NCBI RefSeq assembly: GCF_054391665.1
Contig: NZ_CM136172.1
Length of the DNA stretch: 32,000 nucleotides
Direction: 5' to 3' (one strand)
Positions 1-10,627 of the stretch are shown piece by piece. The notes under the pieces were generated by a model. The model did not search any database and was not told the DNA's origin. It saw nothing but the letters and a program-made list of their open reading frames with translations. The position numbers and the translations under genes were made by a program. The first letter of the stretch is position 1; every line of letters starts with the position of its first letter.

Positions 1-3000
1 AAATTTCTCCCGGCGTGAAGAAAGTATGGTGGTCGTGGAAAAACCCACATTAAGCCTCGCCGATTCAACGCTTTCTGTCGATCTGCAAATCCTGCTTGCT
101 GATGGAAAATCAACCTCAACGCTGACCTATACCGCGCGAGATTCCAGCGGCAAGCCAATCCCAGGTATGACGTTAAAAACACAGGTGAAAGGTTTGCAGG
201 ATTTCGCCTTAAGCGAATGGAAAGACAACGGTAACGGAACCTATACCCAAATAGTTACCGCCGGGAAGACGTCTGGCGCGTTATCGCTGATGCCGCAATT
301 TAACGGCGATGATATCGCTAAGACGCCAGCACTGATTGCTATCGTGGCGAATACAGCATCCCGCGCTGACTCCACGATTGAGACAGACCAGGATAATTAC
401 GTCGCGGGTAAGCCGATAGTCGTTAAAGTGACCCTGAGAGATGATAACGGCAACGGGGTTACCGGACGAAAAGAACTTCTTAAACAAGCCGTTAAAGTAG
501 ACAACACGAAGGCTGATGCTGTTAGTGCCTGGACGGAAGAAAGTGAGGGAATTTACAAAGCAAGCTATACGGCCCATCTTATTGGCGACAAATTAACGGC
601 CCAGCTGACGATGCCCGGCTGGCAAACCAAACATTCGGATGCGTTCAGTATTGCGGGTGATAAAGATACCGCCAAAATCGCTGCGATGCAGATCACCGCG
701 AATAACGCAGTTGCCAGACGCGATCACAATACCGTCGCTGTGACGGTCAGGGATGTGCATCAAAATTTACTGCAGGGACAAAATGTTACCTTCACGGTCG
801 TGAATGGTGCGGCGGTTTTTGCCGATCCAAATGGCGGTATTGTGACGACAGATAAAGACGGGATTGCCAGCGTTAACCTTGCCAGTGACCAGGCGGTAAA
901 CAGTCTTATCAAGGCCGAGACCAATGGCAGTAGTCAGTCTGTGGAAGTGAGCTTTATTACTGGCGATATCTCTCAGCTGACCTCCACCATCAAGACAGAC
1001 GATGTGTCATACACCGCGGGTGGCAAGATAAAAGTGTCCGTCACCCTTATGGATGAGCAGAAAAACCTGGTGAAAGGGATGGCTTCGCTGCTGGCGGGTA
1101 GCGGTGTGGTCGAGGTGAGCGGTACAGATAAAAATGAAACGGGTAACTGGAGCGAAGAGTCTGATGGCGTTTACACCACCACCCGAACCGCGAAGATTGC
1201 TGGCGATCGCCATTACGCCACGCTGAAACTATCGACATGGAGTAGCGCGCAGCAATCTGATGCGTATGCCATACGCGAAAGCGGAGCTGTGTTGGCTTAT
1301 TCCTCCATCGTTACCGACAAAACGGCCTACACCGCGGGCGGCGCGATAAAAGTTACGGTAACACTCAAGGATAGCTATGAAAACCTGGTCGGGGGGCAAC
1401 GAGACGCTATCAACCAGGCTATCCAGCTGCCAAATACAAAAGCGGAAAGCATCGCCTGGAATGAAGATCAAAAAGGAATTTATACCGCAACGTATACCGC
1501 ATTACTCCCTGGCACCGGTTTAAAAGCACAGCTACAGATGTCCGGCTGGGCGAGCGCTTTGACTTCAAATGATTACAGTATTAGTGGCGATGCCGCCAGC
1601 GCACAAATTGTCGCGATGCAAGTGACAACGGGTAACCCGGATGTGCTGGCGAATGGCAGCGATCGACATACGGTGAATGTCCGGGTGGAAGATCAGTTTG
1701 GCAATGTGCTGCCGGATCAGACCGTCACCTTTACGGTGACGAAAGGGGCGGCTGTATTTGCCAATGCAAGGCAGAGCGCAGATATCAGGACGGATGCGCA
1801 TGGCATGGCAGAGGTTGATCTGAGCAGTACCGTAGCGGATGCCAGCACTGTTGAGGCTAAGGTCAATCAAAGCAGCGATAGTAAAACGGTGAACTTTGTT
1901 GCTGATGTTAGCACGGCGCAGGTCGCGGAGCTGGTGGTCATTAAGGACGGCTCAGCGGCAGATGGCGCGACGGCGAACACGCTGCGGGTGAAGGTCACCG
2001 ATGCGTTCGGGAATGCACTTGCCGGGCAGACGGTCAGCGTGATGGCGGACAACGGTGCAGCGGTCGCTTCGACGATGACCACAAAGCCGGACGGCACGGT
2101 GGAGATCAGTGTCACCAGTCAGACCGCCGGAATCAGTGCGGTCACCGTCAGCATCAACAACAGCACCCTGAGCCAGAACGTGACATTTATCGCTGATGTC
2201 AGGACGGCGCAGATCGCGGATCTGGTGGTCACCCGGGATAACTCGGTGGCTGACGGTTCGACGGCGAATACGCTGCAGGTGAGGGTGACCGATGCGTTCG
2301 GGAATGCGCTGAATGGGCAGACGGTCAGCGTGTTGGCGGATAACGGTGCAACGGTCACTCCGACGGTCACTACAGAGCCGGACGGCACGGTGGAGATCAG
2401 TGTCACCAGTCAGACGGCGGGAGTCAGTACTGTCACTGCCAGCATTAACAGCAGCAGCCTGAGCCGGAACGTAACGTTTGTCGCGGATGTCAGGACGGCG
2501 CAGATAGCGAGTCTGGAGGTTATGCAGGATAACGCGATCGCAGACGGCGCAATGGCGAATACGCTGCGGGCGAGGGTGACCGATGCGTTCGGCAATGCGC
2601 TTGCCGGGCAGACGGTCAGCGTGTTGGCGGACAACGGCGCAACGACAGCCCCGACGGTCATCACAGAGCCGGACGGCACGGTGGAGATCAGTGTCACCAG
2701 CCAGACGGCGGGCACCAGTACTGTCACTGCCAGCATCAACAGCAGCAGCCTGAGCCGGACCGTGACGTTTATCGCCGATGTCAGGACGGCGCAGATAGCG
2801 GATCTGGTAGTCACCCGGGATAACTCAGTGGCAGACGGTGCAATGGCGAATATGCTGCGGGCGAGGGTCACCGATGCGTTCGGTAATGCGCTTGCCGGGC
2901 AGACGGTCAGCGTGATGGCAGACAACGGTGCCACGACTGCTTCGACGGTCACCACGCAGCCGGACGGCACGGTGGAGATCTCAGTCACCAGCCAGACCGC

Positions 3001-6000
3001 CGGAACCAGTGTGGTCACCGCTAGCATCAACAACAGCAGCCAGAGCCAGAACGTGACGTTTATCGCCGATGTCAGCACGGCGCAGATCGCGAGTCTGGAG
3101 GTGACGCAGGATAACTCAGTGGCTGACGGCGCAATGGCGAATACGCTGCGGGCGAGGGTGACCGATGCGTTCGGGAATGCACTTGCCGGGCAGACGGTCA
3201 GCGTGACGGCAGGCAACGGCGCAACGGTTGCTCCGGTGGTCACCACGCAGCCGGACGGCACGGTGGAAATCAGTGTCACCAGCCAGACGGCGGGAGTCAG
3301 TGCAGTCACTGCAACCATCAACAGCAGTACTCAGAGTCAGAACGTGACATTTATCGCCGATATCAGGACGGCGAAGATCGCGGATCTGGTGGTCATTAAG
3401 GACGACTCAGTGGCAGACGGTGCAATGGCGAACACGCTGCGGGTGAAGGTCACCGATGCGTTCGGTAATGCGCTTGCCGGACAGACGGTCAGCGTGTTGG
3501 CAGGCAACGGTGCCACGACTGCTCCGACGGTCACCACGCAGCCGGACGGCACGGTGGAGATCTCTGTCACCAGCCAGACGGCAGGCACCAGTGCGGTCAC
3601 TGCCAGCATCAACAGCAGCAGCCTGAGCCGGAACGTGACGTTTGTTGCCGATGTCAGGACGGCGAAGATCGCGAGTCTGGAGGTGACGCAGGATAACTCA
3701 GTGGCTGACGGCGCAATGGCGAACACGCTGCGGGTGAAGGTCACCGATGCGTTCGGGAATGCGCTGAATGGACAGACGGTCAGCGTGATGGCGGACAACG
3801 GCGCAACGGTTGCCCCGACGGTGATCACCGAGCCGGACGGCACGGTGGAAATCAGTGTCACCAGCCAGACGGCGGGAGTCAGTGCAGTCACTGCAACCAT
3901 CAACAGCAGTAGCCAGAGTCAGAACGTGACATTTATCGCCGATGTCAGCACGGCGAAGATCGCTGATCTGGTGGTCATTAAGGATGGTTCAGAGGCGGAC
4001 GGTTCGACGGCGAACACGCTGCGGGTGAGGGTGACCGATGCGTTCGGGAACACACTAGCCGGGCAGACGGTCAGCGTGTTGGCGGACAACGGCGTAACGA
4101 CTGCCCCGACGGTGATCACCGAGCCGGACGGCACGGTGGAAATCAGTGTCACCAGCCAGACGGCGGGAGTCAGTGCAGTCACTGCAACCATCAACAGCAG
4201 TAGTCAGAGTCAGAACGTGACATTTATCGCCGATGTCAGCACGGCGAAGATCGCTGATCTGGTGGTCATTAAGGACGGTTCAGAGGCGGACGGTTTGACG
4301 GCGAACACGCTGCGGGTGAGGGTCACCGATGCGTTCGGGAATGCGCTGAATGGGCAGACGGTCAGCGTGTTGGCGGACAACGGTGCAACGGTTTCCCCGA
4401 CGGTCACCACGCAGCCGGACGGTACGGTGGAGATCTCAGTCACCAGTCAGATGGCGGGGATCAGTACAGTCACCGCAACCATCAACAGCAGCAGTCAGAG
4501 CCGGAACGTCACGTTTATCGCCGATGTCAGGACGGCGCAGATCGCGGACATGGCGGTTATTAAGGACGGCTCAGTGGCAGACGGTGCGACGGCGAACACG
4601 CTGCAGGTGAAGGTCACCGATGCATTCGGTAATGTGCTTGCCGGGCAGACGGTCAGCGTGTTGGCGGATAACGGCGCAACGGTCGCTCCGGCGGTGACCA
4701 CTCAGCCGGATGGCACGGTGGAGATCTCTGTCACCAGCCAGACGGCGGGAGTCAGTGCAGTCACCGCCAGCATCAACAGCAGCAGCCAGAGCCGGGATGT
4801 GACATTTATCGCCGATATCAGGACGGCGAAGATCGCTGATATGGAGGTCATTAAGGATGGTTCAGAGGCGGACGGTTCGACGGCGAACACGCTGCGTGCG
4901 AGGGTAACCGATGCATTCGGTAATGCGCTTGCCGGGCAGACGGTCAGCGTGTTGGCGGATACCGGCGCAACGGTCGCTCCGACTGTCATCACAGGGCAGG
5001 ACGGCACGGTGGAGATCAGTGTCACCAGCCAGACGGCGGGCACCAGTGCCGTCACCGCCAGTATCAACAGCAGTACCGCGAGCCGGAACGTGACGTTTGT
5101 TGCCGATGTCAGGACGGCGCAGATAGCGAGTCTGGAGGTGACGCAGGATAACTCAGTGGCTGACGGCGCAATGGCGAACACGCTGCGGGTGAAGGTCACC
5201 GATGCTAACGGGAATGCACTTGCCGGGCAGACGGTCAGCGTGACGGCAGGCAATGGCGCAACGGTCGCTCCGACGGTCACCACGCAACCGGACGGCATGG
5301 TGGAGATCAGTGTCACCAGCCAGACGGCGGGCACCAGTACAGTCACTGCAACCATCAACAACAGCTCCCTGAGTCAGAACGTGATGTTTATCGCCGATGT
5401 CAGCACGGCGCAGATAGCGAGTCTGGAGGTGACGCAGGATAACTCAGTGGCTGACGGCGCAATGGCGAACATGCTGCGGGTGAGGGTGACGGATGCGTTC
5501 GGTAATGCGCTTGGCGGCCAGACGGTCAGCGTGTTGGCGGACAACGGCGTAACGACTGCCCCGACGGTCATCACAGGGCCAGACGGCACGGTGGAAATCA
5601 GTGTCACCAGCCAGACGGCGGGAGTCAGTGCAGTCACTGCAACCATCAACAGCAGTAGTCAGAGTCAGAACGTGACATTTATCGCCGATGTCAGCACGGC
5701 GAAGATCGCTGATCTGGTGGTCATCCGGGATAACGCAGTGGCAGACGGTTCGACGGCGAATATGCTGCGGGCGAGGGTCACCGATGCGTTCGGTAATGCG
5801 CTTGCCGGGCAGACGGTCAGCGTGATGGCGGACAACGGTGCAGCGGTCGCTTCGACGATGACCACAAAGCCGGACGGCACGGTGGAGATCAGTGTCACCA
5901 GCCAGACGGCGGGGATCAGTACAGTCACCGCAACCATCAACAGCAGCAGTCAGAGCCGGGATGTGACATTTATCGCCGATGTCAGGACGGCGCAGATCGC

Positions 6001-8707
6001 GGATCTGGTGGTCATTAAGGATGGTTCAGAGGCGGACGGTTCGACGGCGAACACGCTGCGGGCGAGGGTGACCGATGCGTTCGGTAATACGCTTGCCGGG
6101 CAGACGGTGAGCGTGTTGGGAGGCAACGGCGCAACGACTGCCCCGACGGTCATCACAGGGCCAGACGGGACGGTGGAGATCAGTGTCACCAGCCAGACGG
6201 CAGGAATCAGTGTGGTCACCGCCAGCATCAACAGCAGCAGCCAGAGCCGGGATGTGACGTTTATCGCCGATGTCAGAACGGCGCAGATCGCGGATCTGGT
6301 GGTCATTAAGGACGGCTCAGTGGCTGACGGCGCGACGGCGAATACGCTGCAGGTGAAGGTCACTGATGCTAACGGTAATGCGCTTGCCGGGCAGACGGTC
6401 AGCGTGATGGCAGGCAACGGCGCAACGACTGCCCCGACGGTGACCACTCAGCCGGATGGCACGGTGGAAATCTCTGTCACCAGCCAGACCGCCGGAACCA
6501 GTGTGGTCACCGCCAGCATCAACAACAGCAGCCAGAGCCAGAACGTCACCTTTGTACCGGGTGATGCATCGCAGCTCACTTCAACCGTTGAAACAAATAA
6601 GTCGAACTATACGGTTGGAGAGACAATCACCATCACGGTAACGCTCCGGGATGCGTTCGATAATCTGGTAACCGGTGCAGCTTCACAGTTAGCCGCTAAT
6701 GGTGTGCTGACGGTGGCTGGCACCGACCCGTCAGAAACGGGAAGCTGGGTTGAATCAGGTGGCGTGTATACCACAACCCGAATGGCGACGATTGCCAGTA
6801 CCAATCAGCACGCCAACCTGCAATTGCAGTCGTGGAGTGATGGCGTAACGTCAGATCGCTATGACATACAGTCCGGTTCTCCGGCGCAAGCCACATCAAC
6901 TATCGCCACGGATAAAAACGCATACACCGCTGGCGAGACCATAACCGTCGCCGTGACGCTGAAAGACGCGCACGGTAACCTGGTTGAAGGGGGCGAGTCC
7001 TTACTGTCTGGTGATAACGTAATAGTGGAAGGAGCCGTACGTTCAGGAGGATGGTCTGAAAACGCCGGTGTTTATACTGCTACATGGTCGGCGCAAATGG
7101 CGGGAGACTCTCACCACGCGACGCTGAAGTTGTCTGAGTGGGGCAGCAGTAAACAATCAGAGAGTTATTCCATCCACAGCGGTGCTCCGGTGCAGGCAAA
7201 TTCTGCTATCAGGACAGATAAATCGGCATATATCGCCGGGGAGCCATTAACCGTCACAGTAACGTTACGGGATGAGTTTGGTAACCCTGCTTTCGGGCTG
7301 ACATCAGAAGTCATCGAGTCTTATATTGATAGTTTCGCGGTAGGCGGCGCAACTCCCGATTCTATGCAGTGGGTCGAGCAGAATAATGGTGAATATACCA
7401 TTGTCTGGACAGCATGGGGTGCCGAGGAAAATCTGGTTGCCAGTCTGAAATTAAAAACATGGGCAGCGGAGATTAAGTCCTCATTATATGGAATACAACC
7501 AGGTGCAGCGGCAAAAACTCAATCAACGATTGTCGCGGACAAAACGATATATATCGCTGGGGATAGCATAACGGTGACCGTTGTTCTTAAAGATGCCCAG
7601 GGTAACTTTATTACTGATGGTGTTGTTCAGCTTAATGAGGAAAACGTACAAGTCAGGAATGCGGATCCTATCCAGGGCAATAATTGGGTTTACAACGGCA
7701 ATGGGCAATATCAAAGACAGTATATGGCACATTTTGCGGAAGCGAATTTGAATGCGCAACTGAAGATGGCTGGTTGGAGCGATGCCAATTATTCAAACAA
7801 TTATACTATCAAACCAGGTGAAGTGAGTCCGCTTGGTTCACAGCTTCGTATACGAGAAGTTTTAGTAGTGGAAGGGGCGGATTTACCTGTCAGTGCTTTA
7901 TTAGTTGATGATTTTGGAAATCCGGTGGATAACGGTCTGGATTTGCTGGATGATGCAGTGTACTTACAAAATGTAGAAAAGAAAGAAGGGGAAAAATGGA
8001 GATATGTGGGTGATGGCATATATGAACGTACATATATGGCCTACCAAGAAGGAGAAAATTTAACTTCATTTATGGAGATTAAAGGTTGGCGTATATACGG
8101 GCAACCATCCTATAACATCCTTCCTTTTGTGGAAGTCGAGTCGCTGAGTGTTAATGGTGTAAAATTCAGGGCGACAGATGGTTTTCCAGAAACAGGGTTT
8201 GATGGTGCAAAATTCACGCTGTTACTAACCCATAATATGAAAAATACGGATTATAATTGGACGGCTGGGATTTATGGAATTAATGTTGATAGTAATGGAG
8301 AAGTAACATTATCTGTGCTGATAAGAAGTGAAGTTACTATTACTGGGAAACCCAAGAATGGTAAAGGGAATGATGTTGTATTTAAATTCAAGATTAAAAA
8401 ATGGTTTACTAGTTTAGGTGCTAGCAGTAGTAATACCTGGGATATCATAAATACTTCATGTAGCTATGGTCAAATGCCGTCATCTTTAGAATTAGCGCAG
8501 CGGCCAAGCGGTGGGGTAGTACCGCGAAAAGTAGGTACGTTGTGGGGCGAATATGGTAATTTAAAAACGTATGGGAACGCTTTTAGCAGTACGGATTATT
8601 GGACAAGTACTCAGCTCATGGGAGTACACGAGAAATTTAATCCTGAAACTGGTATATCAGAGCTTGGGACAGGAAAGTCTTCTGGCTTGTGCGTAGAGTA
8701 TTATTAA
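1..8707 (+). CDS. air: Giant bacterial immunoglobulin-like repeat surface protein (Air-like, invasin/intimin-type), 3' part; 5' end lies outside the window
   Basis: The frame is open from nt 2 with no upstream stop (NFSRREESMVVVEKP...), so the listed ATG at 26 is internal. Many Big_1/invasin-type Ig-like domains (DxxGNxxxGxxVxxxxxxGAxxxxxxxxTxxDGxxxxxxxS) precede a distinct C-terminal tail (...YWTSTQLMGVHEKF...). The neighbouring eilA/eip genes match the known EAEC 042 arrangement. Confidence 0.85.
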   Translation, partial: NFSRREESMVVVEKPTLSLADSTLSVDLQILLADGKSTSTLTYTARDSSGKPIPGMTLKTQVKGLQDFALSEWKDNGNGTYTQIVTAGKTSGALSLMPQFNGDDIAKTPALIAIVANTASRADSTIETDQDNYVAGKPIVVKVTLRDDNGNGVTGRKELLKQAVKVDNTKADAVSAWTEESEGIYKASYTAHLIGDKLTAQLTMPGWQTKHSDAFSIAGDKDTAKIAAMQITANNAVARRDHNTVAVTVRDVHQNLLQGQNVTFTVVNGAAVFADPNGGIVTTDKDGIASVNLASDQAVNSLIKAETNGSSQSVEVSFITGDISQLTSTIKTDDVSYTAGGKIKVSVTLMDEQKNLVKGMASLLAGSGVVEVSGTDKNETGNWSEESDGVYTTTRTAKIAGDRHYATLKLSTWSSAQQSDAYAIRESGAVLAYSSIVTDKTAYTAGGAIKVTVTLKDSYENLVGGQRDAINQAIQLPNTKAESIAWNEDQKGIYTATYTALLPGTGLKAQLQMSGWASALTSNDYSISGDAASAQIVAMQVTTGNPDVLANGSDRHTVNVRVEDQFGNVLPDQTVTFTVTKGAAVFANARQSADIRTDAHGMAEVDLSSTVADASTVEAKVNQSSDSKTVNFVADVSTAQVAELVVIKDGSAADGATANTLRVKVTDAFGNALAGQTVSVMADNGAAVASTMTTKPDGTVEISVTSQTAGISAVTVSINNSTLSQNVTFIADVRTAQIADLVVTRDNSVADGSTANTLQVRVTDAFGNALNGQTVSVLADNGATVTPTVTTEPDGTVEISVTSQTAGVSTVTASINSSSLSRNVTFVADVRTAQIASLEVMQDNAIADGAMANTLRARVTDAFGNALAGQTVSVLADNGATTAPTVITEPDGTVEISVTSQTAGTSTVTASINSSSLSRTVTFIADVRTAQIADLVVTRDNSVADGAMANMLRARVTDAFGNALAGQTVSVMADNGATTASTVTTQPDGTVEISVTSQTAGTSVVTASINNSSQSQNVTFIADVSTAQIASLEVTQDNSVADGAMANTLRARVTDAFGNALAGQTVSVTAGNGATVAPVVTTQPDGTVEISVTSQTAGVSAVTATINSSTQSQNVTFIADIRTAKIADLVVIKDDSVADGAMANTLRVKVTDAFGNALAGQTVSVLAGNGATTAPTVTTQPDGTVEISVTSQTAGTSAVTASINSSSLSRNVTFVADVRTAKIASLEVTQDNSVADGAMANTLRVKVTDAFGNALNGQTVSVMADNGATVAPTVITEPDGTVEISVTSQTAGVSAVTATINSSSQSQNVTFIADVSTAKIADLVVIKDGSEADGSTANTLRVRVTDAFGNTLAGQTVSVLADNGVTTAPTVITEPDGTVEISVTSQTAGVSAVTATINSSSQSQNVTFIADVSTAKIADLVVIKDGSEADGLTANTLRVRVTDAFGNALNGQTVSVLADNGATVSPTVTTQPDGTVEISVTSQMAGISTVTATINSSSQSRNVTFIADVRTAQIADMAVIKDGSVADGATANTLQVKVTDAFGNVLAGQTVSVLADNGATVAPAVTTQPDGTVEISVTSQTAGVSAVTASINSSSQSRDVTFIADIRTAKIADMEVIKDGSEADGSTANTLRARVTDAFGNALAGQTVSVLADTGATVAPTVITGQDGTVEISVTSQTAGTSAVTASINSSTASRNVTFVADVRTAQIASLEVTQDNSVADGAMANTLRVKVTDANGNALAGQTVSVTAGNGATVAPTVTTQPDGMVEISVTSQTAGTSTVTATINNSSLSQNVMFIADVSTAQIASLEVTQDNSVADGAMANMLRVRVTDAFGNALGGQTVSVLADNGVTTAPTVITGPDGTVEISVTSQTAGVSAVTATINSSSQSQNVTFIADVSTAKIADLVVIRDNAVADGSTANMLRARVTDAFGNALAGQTVSVMADNGAAVASTMTTKPDGTVEISVTSQTAGISTVTATINSSSQSRDVTFIADVRTAQIADLVVIKDGSEADGSTANTLRARVTDAFGNTLAGQTVSVLGGNGATTAPTVITGPDGTVEISVTSQTAGISVVTASINSSSQSRDVTFIADVRTAQIADLVVIKDGSVADGATANTLQVKVTDANGNALAGQTVSVMAGNGATTAPTVTTQPDGTVEISVTSQTAGTSVVTASINNSSQSQNVTFVPGDASQLTSTVETNKSNYTVGETITITVTLRDAFDNLVTGAASQLAANGVLTVAGTDPSETGSWVESGGVYTTTRMATIASTNQHANLQLQSWSDGVTSDRYDIQSGSPAQATSTIATDKNAYTAGETITVAVTLKDAHGNLVEGGESLLSGDNVIVEGAVRSGGWSENAGVYTATWSAQMAGDSHHATLKLSEWGSSKQSESYSIHSGAPVQANSAIRTDKSAYIAGEPLTVTVTLRDEFGNPAFGLTSEVIESYIDSFAVGGATPDSMQWVEQNNGEYTIVWTAWGAEENLVASLKLKTWAAEIKSSLYGIQPGAAAKTQSTIVADKTIYIAGDSITVTVVLKDAQGNFITDGVVQLNEENVQVRNADPIQGNNWVYNGNGQYQRQYMAHFAEANLNAQLKMAGWSDANYSNNYTIKPGEVSPLGSQLRIREVLVVEGADLPVSALLVDDFGNPVDNGLDLLDDAVYLQNVEKKEGEKWRYVGDGIYERTYMAYQEGENLTSFMEIKGWRIYGQPSYNILPFVEVESLSVNGVKFRATDGFPETGFDGAKFTLLLTHNMKNTDYNWTAGIYGINVDSNGEVTLSVLIRSEVTITGKPKNGKGNDVVFKFKIKKWFTSLGASSSNTWDIINTSCSYGQMPSSLELAQRPSGGVVPRKVGTLWGEYGNLKTYGNAFSSTDYWTSTQLMGVHEKFNPETGISELGTGKSSGLCVEYY
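1889..6544 (+). repeat. Array of 16 tandem 291-bp (97-aa) Ig-like repeats inside air
   Basis: The boundary motif (V-T/N-F-I/V-ADV/I-R/S-TA-Q/K-I-A) was followed through the translation. The first repeat starts at the GTG codon at 1889 and the array ends before the GTC codon at 6545. 6545-1889 = 4656 = 16 x 291, so there are no net indels. Confidence 0.92.
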
Positions 8708-8722
8708 CGAAGTAATCACTAG

Positions 8723-8746
8723 ATTGCCCTGCTTCAGCAGGGCAAT
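8723..8746. terminator. Perfect 10-bp stem with TTCA loop between convergent air and eilA
   Basis: ATTGCCCTGC-TTCA-GCAGGGCAAT followed by ttatatt. It lies in the 51-bp gap between two convergent stop codons. Confidence 0.6.
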
Positions 8747-8758
8747 TTATATTCGTTA

Positions 8759-10456
8759 TTACGCAGAAGTACGCATCACACCAATAGTATTAAATTCGTT
8801 TTTCACACTGAGCAAACGGGGGTCATGAAGCAAAACATTTGACCATAAATCATTCTCTTTAATTAATTGTTGCCAGCGCTTTTCATATTCTTTTTTACCA
8901 TACACAGTGTAAATTAACGGCAAAATAACACCATTGATTTTGTTGGTGCTAATATTTGCCAGTAACTTCATAATGTCATTTTTTATAGATGCGCCATAGA
9001 TCAGAAACTTCGTATAAAGCGAGTTAACACAGGTGTAATCAAGACCATGTTCAGGCTCAAGTTTAAGCAATAAACTTTTGGCTTTATCATTATGTCCTTT
9101 CAGTGCCATGAACATAGCCAGAATAGAGGTAATAATTGGATTGTTACAGGTGTTTTGACTGTTAAGATTTAATGCAAAAGATATCGCGTTATCGAGGGGG
9201 GATGTGTAATAAAGTATAATTAATTTAAGAATGCTTATACCCATTTTATTGGGTTCAAGAGCAATGCTTTTTTCTATTAGATTAAATGCTCTTGCAAGGT
9301 CACCGTTCAAAAAACATAGCAGAGACTGATAATAATAAACGTCTGGCGAATTAGGTTTGAGTAAATGTGCTTGCTTAAATAGCACATTAGACACTGAATG
9401 TTCATCTTTTAGCCCACTGATTAAACCCAGTAAACCCAATGCCTGAGAATTTGAAGGGTTAATTTCAAGAGCCTTTTCAATGGAGGTTACTGCCGTAGTT
9501 ATTGCTTGTTTTTGTTCACTGAGTCCAAGGAGGGCTAATGATATATGGCATTCCGCCAGGCAACAGTAGGGCAAGGTATTTTGCGGTTGCGTACTTACAC
9601 AATCTCTAAATATTACTAATGCTCGTTTCAAACTCTCTGGTGTATAACGGTACATTTCCATTCTGCCATTCATATACATAACAGCAGAATCCAGAGATGG
9701 CATTTGTTGTGTATTAATAGATTTAAAATTAATGTTGGGTATTTTTTCAATAAGAATATTAATTACTTGTGATAATAATACGGAAAGAGGATTATCGGGA
9801 TTGAAATCAATGCTTTGATGATCAATCAATTTATGTGTTCTGGCATGAATTAACTCAATAAATAAACGCCAGTTTTTACCATAGTGAACGACCTGACCCA
9901 TAATATAATATTCTGGACCTGTTTTATTGATAAACTGATGGATAGTGGAGAAATCACTGGCCTCATTTGTTACCGAAGCGGGTAAAATATCTAAACCACA
10001 AAAAGCATATTTTGAAAGGCCCTGGACAAGTTCGTAATGGAGTTTTAGAACATTGATCGAACCTTCGGTACGAAAGGGAAAAACGGCAAGAGTGGTGGTC
10101 GACTTTACCGGTTCATTATCGGTCACAATCACAATAGGTACAGTAAAACGGTATCCACGACCATAGACCGTTTCGATATACTTACACTGTTTATTCTCAT
10201 GCAAAAGTTTGCGCAATGCATAAATACATCGTGTTAGAGATTCATCACTGGCAACACTCGCGCTCCAGACCTTATCGATAATCTCTTCTTTGCTAACAAT
10301 TTCACCGTCAGCATTAAGTAATAGAATGATAACGCCAAGTTCTTTCGGTGGAATATGATATTCTTTGTTTTTGAATAATAATATTCCATTGTTTTTTAAT
10401 ACAAAGTCGCCAAATATATATTGTTGTGTAGTATTTTTTCCATGTTGCAGTTGCAT
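8759..10456 (-). CDS. eilA: HilA-like transcriptional regulator (OmpR/ToxR-type winged helix N-terminus, TPR-like C-terminal region)
   Basis: 565 aa. The N-terminus YIFGDFVLKNNGILLFKNKEYHIPPKELGVIILLLNADGEIVSKEEIIDKVW...VYGRGYRFTVPI is a classic wHTH. Adjacent to translocator genes. Confidence 0.88.
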   Translation of the reverse strand: MQLQHGKNTTQQYIFGDFVLKNNGILLFKNKEYHIPPKELGVIILLLNADGEIVSKEEIIDKVWSASVASDESLTRCIYALRKLLHENKQCKYIETVYGRGYRFTVPIVIVTDNEPVKSTTTLAVFPFRTEGSINVLKLHYELVQGLSKYAFCGLDILPASVTNEASDFSTIHQFINKTGPEYYIMGQVVHYGKNWRLFIELIHARTHKLIDHQSIDFNPDNPLSVLLSQVINILIEKIPNINFKSINTQQMPSLDSAVMYMNGRMEMYRYTPESLKRALVIFRDCVSTQPQNTLPYCCLAECHISLALLGLSEQKQAITTAVTSIEKALEINPSNSQALGLLGLISGLKDEHSVSNVLFKQAHLLKPNSPDVYYYQSLLCFLNGDLARAFNLIEKSIALEPNKMGISILKLIILYYTSPLDNAISFALNLNSQNTCNNPIITSILAMFMALKGHNDKAKSLLLKLEPEHGLDYTCVNSLYTKFLIYGASIKNDIMKLLANISTNKINGVILPLIYTVYGKKEYEKRWQQLIKENDLWSNVLLHDPRLLSVKNEFNTIGVMRTSA

Positions 10457-10604
10457 AGAACGCTCCTTCCGTTTTCTCTATTCATAGTATTAATTTGATC
10501 AATATAAAATAAAGTATTGGCAGAATTGCTCTATCAAAAAACGCTCATTTTGTAAGATTGTGATGAGGAAATGAATGAAAGGTGATGCTTAATAATATAA
10601 AGCG

Positions 10605-10627
10605 CTGGTCCCATTTTTCGGGACCAG
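10605..10627 (-). terminator. Hairpin downstream of eipD, possible end of the eicA-eipBCD operon
   Basis: CTGGTCCC-attttt c-GGGACCAG perfect 8-bp inverted repeat between the eipD stop and the eilA start; weak T-tract. Confidence 0.45.

Noticed and set aside
1867-6447. Series of long minus-strand ORFs antisense to air (up to 303 aa, e.g. 2410..3321, with MMVAVTALTPAVWLVTLISTVPSG... repeats)
   Set aside because: They are the mirror of the 291-bp coding repeats; periodicity and GC-rich codon composition keep the antisense frame open. No independent start signals or family similarity.
1889-6544. CRISPR or other short-repeat array explanation for the strong periodicity
   Set aside because: The 291-bp period is a multiple of three, entirely within one open frame, and encodes Ig-like domains with no spacers.
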